Assembly: GCA_016860985.1 (NCBI GenBank)
Contig: BOKM01000001.1
Span: 527,462 to 591,461, forward strand
Direction of reading: 5' to 3'
Source: Patescibacteria group bacterium
GTDB taxonomy: Bacteria > Patescibacteriota > Dojkabacteria > GCA-002793355
Length of the DNA: 64,000 bases
The notes under the pieces are model-generated. The model worked only from the letters and a program-made list of their open reading frames with translations, had not been told where the DNA came from and searched no databases. The position numbers and the translations under genes are program-made. Shown in pieces: positions 56,973 to 64,000 of the stretch (position 1 is the first letter of the stretch; each line of letters opens with the position of its first letter).

Positions 56973-57045
56973 TGTGTGAATTTTGAATTTTTCCAAAAGT
57001 ACACAAGAGAATTTCCAATGAAAGAGAATCTGAATACAGGGTGTC

Positions 57046-57786
57046 TCAATAGGTGAGGGTACTATCAATATTTTCAAGTTGTAAATGAGGGTTATCCTCT
57101 CCAAACTGTTTGATGAGAGACGTGCTCTCGTCAGCTAATCTTTTATCACCCATAGCGCTGAAGTATTCTTTTAAATTCCTTAAAATAGTGACTATGTGTA
57201 CATGTATGCTGTCGGGAAGTACATAAAATTTTCTCGTATACTTGTTGTTATGAAGTTCGAACATTCCGGTATTCGGGATTTGTTCATCGGATGCAAGTGT
57301 TACTATGTTGTTATTTTCCCATATAATTGAACTGTCATAAAATTCGTGTATAAATCCATGTACCTCACCGTTTTGTGTAATTTTTGTTGAAGGATCAAAT
57401 ATTGTAATGGATTTTTCTTCTATCTTTGCGGTGACTTGGTGACCCTCAAGCAGAAGTGTTCGAATATTCGAGAAACCAAAGTCAATAAAGGTCAACTTAA
57501 GAATTGCGGATGATAGCGTACACTCCAGACCAGGAAAATCATGGAGAATGTGCTGATTAGGAAGATAGTAAGAAAAAGCGGGAATGTTTTTAGAGTGCAT
57601 TTCAGATAGTTTTGTAATAAATGTCACTATATCATCTTCGTTCGGATGTAATGGTAAATTCTCTGAGATTTTTGCTTTGTAGTGCGTTTGGTACAGTGAG
57701 ACTATTTGCTCTTGAAATTTCTTGTTTAGTCCGGCGGGTGAGGCTTTCGCAATGTCCAATAGTTCAAAAATATTATTGTACCCCAT
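57046..57786 (-). CDS. Hypothetical protein with Cys-His-Asp spacing reminiscent of the transglutaminase-like / papain-like cysteine peptidase core.
   Basis: It is 246 aa and has G-LECTLSSAILKL...(27 aa)...GHQV...(14 aa)...FDPS. It overlaps the upstream gene by 14 nt, which suggests a coupled operon. Confidence 0.3.
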   Translation of the reverse strand: MGYNNIFELLDIAKASPAGLNKKFQEQIVSLYQTHYKAKISENLPLHPNEDDIVTFITKLSEMHSKNIPAFSYYLPNQHILHDFPGLECTLSSAILKLTFIDFGFSNIRTLLLEGHQVTAKIEEKSITIFDPSTKITQNGEVHGFIHEFYDSSIIWENNNIVTLASDEQIPNTGMFELHNNKYTRKFYVLPDSIHVHIVTILRNLKEYFSAMGDKRLADESTSLIKQFGEDNPHLQLENIDSTLTY

Positions 57787-58243
57787 ACGTATTTGAGTGA
57801 TTTAATGTTTGCTCATTACTACTTATGACGAGGTTGTTTAGCTTTTCTGTAATATGTTCTGTCATTGATTCTACAATTTCATATTCCAAAACTTCAGTAG
57901 CTTGAGCTCTATATTCTTCAAAAGTATGCGATGGTGTCGCTACTAGAACATAGGTTTGCTGTAGCTCCTTTGCTTGTTTTAGTTCCTGCAGCATTCCATT
58001 ACTTGGGTTGTGGCTGAGTAGTATTGCGAGTACAAGGTCGGCATCTTGTTGCTTTTTTATACAGTAAGAAAGGCGTTCATCGTAGGAATAGCATTTGTTT
58101 TCAGTTATTTCTTCTTGTTGTAGCGCAGAGCAAAAAACAGTGTGACCTGAGGCTTGGAGTGCATTTACAATTTTTGTAAGTGTTGGCACAAGAACCGATT
58201 TGTCCTCTAACGTGTATTGGTGGGAAAGAAAAATACGTGCCAT
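57773..58243 (-). CDS. Hypothetical flavodoxin-like-fold protein with a TIR-like N-terminal signature. The start was trimmed to MARIFLSHQ.
   Basis: ARIFLSHQYTLEDKS...GHTVFCS...DADLVLAIL resembles the [KD]-V-F-[IL]-S-[YH]-x3-D opening of TIR / DUF1863-type domains. The protein is about 156 aa. Confidence 0.3.
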   Translation of the reverse strand: MARIFLSHQYTLEDKSVLVPTLTKIVNALQASGHTVFCSALQQEEITENKCYSYDERLSYCIKKQQDADLVLAILLSHNPSNGMLQELKQAKELQQTYVLVATPSHTFEEYRAQATEVLEYEIVESMTEHITEKLNNLVISSNEQTLNHSNTYGVQ

Positions 58244-58291
58244 AAAGTTTTCAATTCTACACCTCGGATTGCTGCTATGGTAGACTTTCGG

Positions 58292-58963
58292 ATGATAGAT
58301 TTCACACAAAAAAAATACTTTCTCTTTGACATGGATGGAACGATGGTCGATTTGGAACAGTTGAATTACGAGTGTTTTAAATTCGCCTGCAAAGAAAAGT
58401 TGAATATGCATTTATCTTTTGAAGAGTATATGCAGTATATGGCTGGTGCAGGGTCGACCCAGGGTTTTATTAATTACCTTCAAAGTGTTGAGAAATCGCA
58501 TAATGTTAAGGAACTCGTTGGAATATATCGTGAGCAAAAAACAGTCGCACTAGAAACACAGTTTAGTGAGGTGGTCGCGCTTAAACCCGGAATCAAAGAC
58601 TTTTTGGGACTGCTTGTGTCAAAAGGATACAAGTTAGCTGTAGGCACCTCAACTGCCCGGCATTTTGCAGAAAAAATCTTGAAAGGTGCAGGTTTATATG
58701 ACTATTTTCATGCCATTATTGCTGTCGAAGACGCACCGCGCACTAAGCCTGCTCCTGATATATTCCTAAAAGCCTTGGAGTTACTAGGTGGAAATGTGAA
58801 CGAAGCAATAGTTTTCGAAGATTCGAAAAATGGTGTGGAATCCGCAAAGAATGGTGGTTTTGATTGTGTCGTTATTAGAAATGTAGGAAAAAATGACTCA
58901 GTTGTAAGGAATGCTCCGTATGTTATTGATGATTATACCGCCTTGGTGTCGCAGTTCTCTTAA
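58292..58963 (+). CDS. HAD-superfamily hydrolase, subfamily IA (beta-phosphoglucomutase-like). The start was trimmed to MIDFTQKKYFLFDMDGT.
   Basis: Motif I is FLFDMDGTMVD, motif II is VGTST, and motifs III/IV are K...VFEDSKNGVESAKNGG. Confidence 0.7.
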   Translation: MIDFTQKKYFLFDMDGTMVDLEQLNYECFKFACKEKLNMHLSFEEYMQYMAGAGSTQGFINYLQSVEKSHNVKELVGIYREQKTVALETQFSEVVALKPGIKDFLGLLVSKGYKLAVGTSTARHFAEKILKGAGLYDYFHAIIAVEDAPRTKPAPDIFLKALELLGGNVNEAIVFEDSKNGVESAKNGGFDCVVIRNVGKNDSVVRNAPYVIDDYTALVSQFS

Positions 58964-58999
58964 TGTCGTTTTCTTATTCAAAATATACTATACTTTTCT

Positions 59000-60370
59000 A
59001 TGCCCAAACTACGTGGAGTCCTACTAGATCTAGACGGAACACTCGCAAACACCGAGGATTATAATTACGCCTATGCAACAAACAAGCCGGTAGAGGAATT
59101 ATTGGAATACAAGTTGTACCAATTTCTTCGTCCTGTTCTTAAAGTCATTTCGTGGGAAGAGTTTATTGAACTTTATATTCGTGCAAACAAGGAGATAAAG
59201 GCGGAATTGCATGGTACAGCAGCATCCCATAATCGTTATCTTTACATCCAAAAAACACTCGAACTCTGTGGAATAAATTTTGTGCCTGATATTATTCAGC
59301 GTGCTGTTGATTTTTATTTCGATGAAATGCTCAAGAAAACTGTACTATACCCCGGAGTACTCGAAGGTTTAAAGCAGATGAAGTTTAACCAGCTAAGCAC
59401 CTGTATGATTACCGACTTTACTGCAGATATTCAGATTCGTAAAATCAGAAAGCTCGGTATCATGAAGTATATTGACTACATGGTCACTTCAGAAGAAGCA
59501 GGAGCCGATAAACCACATGTTGAGCAGGCGGTCCTTGCTCTAAAAAAACTCCATCTTAGGCAGGAAGAGGTAGTGATGATTGGTAATAACCCCAAAACCG
59601 ACATCGAATTGGCGCATCGCTTTGGATTAAGGTCTGTATTGTTTGACCCACGTGGGCTATATCAAAACCAAAAAGGTAAAGAAACATTTTATGCTCAAGA
59701 TTTTTCTGAGGTAATGAAGTGGCTTGGTGTTCCGAAGGTTGAGTATTCTAGAAAGAAATTACTTGTACTCGACTTTGTTGGAACTCTTACGACAGAAAAG
59801 AGCATGATTGAAGAAGTAATTGGAACTTTTGTACGAAAAGATCCAGCATTTGTGTCTGCGGAATATCAACTGTTTAGGCAGGGGACAATTACCGAATCAG
59901 AGTTCTGGTTTCGTGTAGGAGTGAGCGAGGTCAAAAAGGCGCACAAGGCAATTGATGCAGCAATAACTATCCGAAGAAGCGTCATTTCGCTTCTCGAGAA
60001 ACTAAAGAAAAAATACAAATTAGTGTTACTTACCGATTTTCCGCAGCAGTGGGGTAGGCAGATTTTTGAGAATAGAGGTTTAGATAGACTATTTGATCGC
60101 ATGATATTTGGTGGTGATACCGATTTTGTAAAACCCGATGCCCGCTTATACAACCATCTTTTAACCTTGTATCCTGATATTTCTCCAGAAAATATTGCCC
60201 TTGTAGATGATACACAGCAAGCGCTTGCCTCGGGGCGTGACCTGCTTATGCATACTATTTTGGTGGAAAATGCTGCCTCACGGCATACCGCTTTTGTGCC
60301 TGACACTATAATCAAAGATATTCTCGATCTTGGGCAAGCTTTAGAAAAGAATGAGCGAGTTAATCGTTAA
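59000..60370 (+). CDS. Tandem HAD-like hydrolase fusion (two HAD domains in one 456-aa protein).
   Basis: The first domain has LLDLDGTLANTE...MIGNNPKTDIELA. The second has LLVLDFVGTLTTEKS...LVDDTQQALASG, where the nucleophile Asp is followed by F rather than D. Confidence 0.5.
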   Translation: MPKLRGVLLDLDGTLANTEDYNYAYATNKPVEELLEYKLYQFLRPVLKVISWEEFIELYIRANKEIKAELHGTAASHNRYLYIQKTLELCGINFVPDIIQRAVDFYFDEMLKKTVLYPGVLEGLKQMKFNQLSTCMITDFTADIQIRKIRKLGIMKYIDYMVTSEEAGADKPHVEQAVLALKKLHLRQEEVVMIGNNPKTDIELAHRFGLRSVLFDPRGLYQNQKGKETFYAQDFSEVMKWLGVPKVEYSRKKLLVLDFVGTLTTEKSMIEEVIGTFVRKDPAFVSAEYQLFRQGTITESEFWFRVGVSEVKKAHKAIDAAITIRRSVISLLEKLKKKYKLVLLTDFPQQWGRQIFENRGLDRLFDRMIFGGDTDFVKPDARLYNHLLTLYPDISPENIALVDDTQQALASGRDLLMHTILVENAASRHTAFVPDTIIKDILDLGQALEKNERVNR

Positions 60371-61376
60371 GAATGAACCCTTGTCCTCTGCGTGTTTCAA
60401 TAATTCCGGGGAATATTCCGTGGGCCTGCACCTGTTTTCTCAGTCGCTCAACAACTTTTGAAATTGCATAAAGAGAGTACTTCGTTTGTGCATCTTCTGC
60501 CCAAAGTCGTTCGGCAATATCATTTGCAGATACAATTTGATTTCTTTTTTCAATCAACAATGACATTACCTCCTTTTCTTTTGGTCTAAGTGGCAGGCGT
60601 TCCTCGTTAATTGCCACTTGGCGAGTGTCGTCTACAGTAAATAACCGTTTTGGAGGAAAACCAAGGCTAGTTAAAAAAGCGCGGGATTGGTTGCGGAGTT
60701 CAAGAGTCGGTTCTTTTCGCACAGCAAGAATTGTGGATTCATGTTTTGGAAAAAGCCCTGCAAGAGAGGTATGACAGAGTAAGAAATCACCTATTGCTTG
60801 CCGCTCTTCCCAGTTGAACCCATATAGGAGTCCGTTTTTGTGTATGTTGTCTAGCGTCGCTATAAATATGGCAGCGGGAATGTGTGATAGTTTAGCATCA
60901 AAGCGAAGGTAAATGGTAACTTCACCTGGTTGAGATTTCTTTTTTCTTACGCCAGAGGCTCGTGACCCATATGCGGTTTGTCGAATAACTAGTTTGTTAA
61001 TTTTGGCCGAAACCTCAGGAAGGTAAGTCTGCAAATGGTTCCAAAATTCCGGAGCAACCTTGTCCCACTGTGACTGAATTAGCGTTGGTGGCGAGACCTT
61101 GGGGAGTTCAGTTTTTATCTGCTCAATAATGTCCCTGCTGATGTTTCCTTCCACTTGTCCTTCTTCAAAGACTTTCTTCCAGAAATACGGATGGTGTACA
61201 ATGGGCAGATTAGGAAAATAAATAGTATTGACACTATCAGTTGCAATGTCAGGCAACACAAGAAATCCCTTTATCTGGTAAAAGTACGACTGTATCATTT
61301 GCGCGACAAATACCACTCTTTGCGCTTCGCTCTCTGGACTGTACTCCCAGATTGTTTCTGGGTATGTCACATTCAT
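60360..61376 (-). CDS. Protein with a C-terminal OmpR/PhoB-type winged-helix DNA-binding domain and an unassigned N-terminal domain of about 240 aa (no receiver domain).
   Basis: Its C-terminus (LRPKEKEVMSLLIEKRNQIVSANDIAERLWAEDAQ...VVERLRKQV...IETRRGQGFIL) matches the trans_reg_C pattern. Confidence 0.5.
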   Translation of the reverse strand: MNVTYPETIWEYSPESEAQRVVFVAQMIQSYFYQIKGFLVLPDIATDSVNTIYFPNLPIVHHPYFWKKVFEEGQVEGNISRDIIEQIKTELPKVSPPTLIQSQWDKVAPEFWNHLQTYLPEVSAKINKLVIRQTAYGSRASGVRKKKSQPGEVTIYLRFDAKLSHIPAAIFIATLDNIHKNGLLYGFNWEERQAIGDFLLCHTSLAGLFPKHESTILAVRKEPTLELRNQSRAFLTSLGFPPKRLFTVDDTRQVAINEERLPLRPKEKEVMSLLIEKRNQIVSANDIAERLWAEDAQTKYSLYAISKVVERLRKQVQAHGIFPGIIETRRGQGFILND

Positions 61377-61444
61377 GTCAAGTTCGTACTTAACTATTGG
61401 AATAGAATTATATCACTTATGACCTATAATATAAATCGGTAGTT

Positions 61445-62065
61445 ATGGAAAAAACGAAACCACACTGCACTATAGACCAATTAATGCAGGTACTAAAAAA
61501 TGCGAACATAGACGATGAAATGGTGCAAAAAGCAGTGGAGAGAGCAAAGGTCTCGCATCGGCATGACTACCGAGACGACGGGCAACCGTATCTAACGCAG
61601 CACGTGTTCCCTTTAACGCAGGAGGTCTATAATTATTTCGCAGGTACAGAAGATGTGAAAACTGCTGTGGTTGTAACTCTCTTGCATGATGTTCCAGAAA
61701 AGGATCATTATTATGACCAGAAAAGATTGGAAGCGGATTTTGGTAAAGAAATAGCTGATCTTGTGATGTTCTTGGTAAAACCGGTAAAGAATACTCAAAT
61801 TCGTACGCAAAAAGACAGGCACGATGAACAAGTAGAGTTTATGCAGAAAATTAGAGAATCACCGCTTCTGTGCCAAGTAATTAAGGTTCTGGATAGAAAT
61901 AATAATCTTGCCTGTACGGATGTAAGTCGTGATCCATTAAAATACGAACGTTTTGTTCAGGATACAATTGAACTCTATCTGCCACTTGCACAGAAAATAG
62001 ATAAAACACTCGCAACCGCGATGGAAAAAGAAACTGCCCGAATTCTTCGTGAGTTGCATACATAA
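61445..62065 (+). CDS. Small HD-domain protein resembling the (p)ppGpp hydrolase domain of SpoT/Rel (small alarmone hydrolase-like).
   Basis: PYLTQHVFPLTQEVYNYFAGTEDVKTAVVVTLLHDVPEKD matches the RSH hydrolase H...LLHD(V)xED pattern. The protein is 206 aa. Confidence 0.5.
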   Translation: MEKTKPHCTIDQLMQVLKNANIDDEMVQKAVERAKVSHRHDYRDDGQPYLTQHVFPLTQEVYNYFAGTEDVKTAVVVTLLHDVPEKDHYYDQKRLEADFGKEIADLVMFLVKPVKNTQIRTQKDRHDEQVEFMQKIRESPLLCQVIKVLDRNNNLACTDVSRDPLKYERFVQDTIELYLPLAQKIDKTLATAMEKETARILRELHT

Positions 62066-62705
62066 TACAATAATATACAATATGTTAATGAAACCATTTG
62101 CACTAAAAGGGCAGGTTAAAGAATCTTTAATTGAAGCGGGGATCTGGAATGAGCGGGTAGAAGAGGCGCTCTTACGGGCCATTCTTTCGCATAGATACCA
62201 TATTCGCGACGACGGAACCCCATATTTAGAGCAGCATATTTTCCCCATGGTAATTAGAGTTCTCGATTTACATAAAAATAAAGAGGGACTCGAAGATTTA
62301 GTAATTCTAACGTTTTTGCATGACGCATACGAAAAAGACCCATACTTTAGCATCGATGTAATAGAAGAGTTTTTTGGAAAATCAATCGCAGAAAATATTG
62401 TTGCTATCACAGAAGAGCCGAAACGTGGTCTAAAAAACCTGAACGATCGAATGGAAGCAAATAAAAAGTACGTCGAAAAAATTGCCGTGGCCTCAGACCA
62501 CGTGAAAATTGTAAAACTCGAGTCTTGGTTAAACAATCTTATGACTACGGAGTTATTGCATGACATTGAAAAGTATGAACGGCTTTTGCAAAAGGCAAGG
62601 GAATTGTACGTTCCTTTAGCAAAACAGTTTGATGAAAGCTATGTAGTCGAACTCGAAAAAGAGGTTTCCCGATTGCAGGAACTGTTGGCGCAAAGAAAGA
62701 AATAG
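62049..62705 (+). CDS. Second small HD-domain, SpoT-hydrolase-like protein (paralog).
   Basis: It carries PYLEQHIFPMVIRVLDL...LVILTFLHDAYEKD, is 218 aa, and overlaps the upstream paralog by 17 nt. Confidence 0.5.
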   Translation: MSCIHNTIIYNMLMKPFALKGQVKESLIEAGIWNERVEEALLRAILSHRYHIRDDGTPYLEQHIFPMVIRVLDLHKNKEGLEDLVILTFLHDAYEKDPYFSIDVIEEFFGKSIAENIVAITEEPKRGLKNLNDRMEANKKYVEKIAVASDHVKIVKLESWLNNLMTTELLHDIEKYERLLQKARELYVPLAKQFDESYVVELEKEVSRLQELLAQRKK

Positions 62706-62750
62706 TCGCAAGCTATATTTTGTGTAAGTGATATTGTTATAATTCAGTCC

Positions 62751-64000
62751 ATGGTACGTCGTGAAGATAATAAAGCTCTGTTGCTTGCAGCAGTTCCAAA
62801 AAAACATAGAGACTCGCTTCAAAAAGCGATAGAAATCGCAGAAAGGAACTATGGCTCAGTTATTCGATTGTCTGGCGAGAGTTTGCTAGAGCATGTTTTG
62901 CGCTCTGCGCGATATTATGCAGAACTACGAATTGATTTTAATGGAGTTATCGCAACACTTTTGCATCACACCCTCCCAAAGCAAGAATATGAAAACAAGG
63001 AAATTTTTAACGACGATATTTTGCAACTCTTGCATAATGTTGAACTGGTCTTTTCGCATGCAAAAAAAGAAAGTGTCGATACACAGGTGATTTATAAGTA
63101 TATTCTAAGCTTTCGCGACGATATTAGAATAGCTTTGATAAAACTGTCAGAGAAGTTTGACAATGCAAAAACAATCGATTTATTACCAGAGGAAAAGCGT
63201 AAGGATGTTGCGCGTAGATTATTGCATATCTACGCGCCTTTGGCCGAATATATGAACCTATCCGACGCAAGAAGAGAGTTCGAACTTAATGGTTTTCGAG
63301 TTTACTATCCAAAAGAGTATGAGCAAACGGCGCTATACGTACATAAACGTCAGGCAGATATCTTTGAAAAAATTGAAAAAGTTAAGCTTTTGCTGGGTGA
63401 AATTGGAGCTCTCGTGAATGTAGACGCCCAAATATGGGGAAGAGCAAAGTCATATTACAGTATTTGGCGGAAGCTTTATAAGCACGACAAAGAAGGAAAG
63501 CCAGCAACCATAGATGCTTTAAACGATTTGTTGGCGTTCACAATTCTTGTTGACTCAGTGGATCAATGTTATGCGGTTGCCTATGCGTTAAAAGATTATG
63601 CAGAAGTGTCAGATGATAGTTTTGAGGACTATATTCAAAACCCAAAGCCAAACGGTTTTAGCGAAATTCAAATGATTTGTGAGTTCCCTGAGTTGCTCGC
63701 AATCAATATTGAGGTGCAAATTTTAACGAATGAAATGTATTGGCACAACACGTATGGTCCTGCAGCGCATTTGGCATATAAGTTGGAAGGAAAGCGCTTT
63801 GCAAAGCAAAACTCGGAATTTCAGTGGGTAGAAACTGTACACAAGGCGATTGAAAAATCTCGACAATCGTTAAGTTTGCCTATTTCAAAACCATTGCAGC
63901 TACATTTGTTCCAAGATCGAATTTTTGCCTTTACACCAAAGCATAGAATCGTGGAATTGCCAGTTGGGGCAACTGTTATTGACTTTGCATACCAGGTACA
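62751..64000 (+). CDS. RelA/SpoT-homologue (long RSH) with a degenerate HD hydrolase domain and a (p)ppGpp synthetase domain. It is truncated at the window end.
   Basis: Its N-terminus has ATLLHHTLPK, with HH where HD is expected. The synthetase motifs GRAKSYYSIWRKL, EIQMICEF...IEVQILTNEMYWHNTYGPAAHLAYK and FTPKHRIVELPVGATVIDFAYQV are RelA/SpoT-like. Confidence 0.7.
   Translation, partial: MVRREDNKALLLAAVPKKHRDSLQKAIEIAERNYGSVIRLSGESLLEHVLRSARYYAELRIDFNGVIATLLHHTLPKQEYENKEIFNDDILQLLHNVELVFSHAKKESVDTQVIYKYILSFRDDIRIALIKLSEKFDNAKTIDLLPEEKRKDVARRLLHIYAPLAEYMNLSDARREFELNGFRVYYPKEYEQTALYVHKRQADIFEKIEKVKLLLGEIGALVNVDAQIWGRAKSYYSIWRKLYKHDKEGKPATIDALNDLLAFTILVDSVDQCYAVAYALKDYAEVSDDSFEDYIQNPKPNGFSEIQMICEFPELLAINIEVQILTNEMYWHNTYGPAAHLAYKLEGKRFAKQNSEFQWVETVHKAIEKSRQSLSLPISKPLQLHLFQDRIFAFTPKHRIVELPVGATVIDFAYQV

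Noticed and set aside
58244-58411. The 5' extension of the minus-strand ORF 57773..58411 (MHIQLFFAGEFKTL...).
   Set aside because: It overlaps the start of the plus-strand HAD gene and lacks the TIR-like fold periodicity, so the start was trimmed to the Met at 58243.

Overview
This 64 kb window is low-GC and densely packed with small genes, and its content looks like a Candidate Phyla Radiation (Patescibacteria-like) chromosome segment spanning the likely replication origin. Gene orientation flips near 12-14 kb: genes to the left are mostly on the minus strand (ftsK fragment, dnaG, dnaN) and genes to the right mostly on the plus strand (pilins, smpB, giant surface proteins). The 462-bp region upstream of dnaN (11812..12273) holds a perfect DnaA box, tandem near-consensus DnaA boxes and an AT-rich tract, so I call it a putative oriC. 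Housekeeping genes are recognisable from motifs: trxB (CATCDG), dnaG (CHC2 zinc finger plus TOPRIM), dnaN, metG (HVGH/KMSKS), smpB, greA, ftsH (Walker A plus HEAGH), polA, trpS, an RluB/RsuA pseudouridine synthase, a DHH/DHHA1 NrnA-like phosphoesterase and the N-terminus of a RelA/SpoT homologue. I hand-folded seven tRNAs: Ser-GCT, Ile-TAT (unusual), fMet-CAT, Met-CAT, Ala-GGC, Pro-CGG and Val-TAC. Five of them sit 8-11 nt downstream of a conserved TATAATTC box, usually in extended -10 form (TGnTATAAT). The accessory content worth a second look is: (1) five paralogous two-helix TrbC/VirB2-like pilin genes in two clusters flanking the origin, plus a VirB4/VirD4-like P-loop ATPase, a SpoIID/LytB protein and large membrane proteins, which together look like a type IV secretion / pilus-like system; (2) about 5.5 kb of NHL-repeat surface-protein coding sequence split by a single -1 frameshift, with a third giant NHL protein elsewhere; (3) two stand-alone SpoT-like HD-domain genes directly upstream of a long RSH gene whose own HD motif is degenerate (HH), next to an OmpR-type winged-helix protein with no receiver domain; (4) a translationally coupled two-gene islet beside tRNA-Val with TIR-like and transglutaminase-like motif spacing; (5) a tyrosine recombinase with two small ORFs abutting tRNA-Met; (6) an ABC exporter with a Walker-B E-to-Q substitution and a non-canonical signature motif; (7) a run of three HAD domains including a tandem-HAD fusion. 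I found no CRISPR array and no rRNA genes. All calls come from motif recognition by eye, with no database searches, so coordinates of manually adjusted starts may be off by a few nucleotides.
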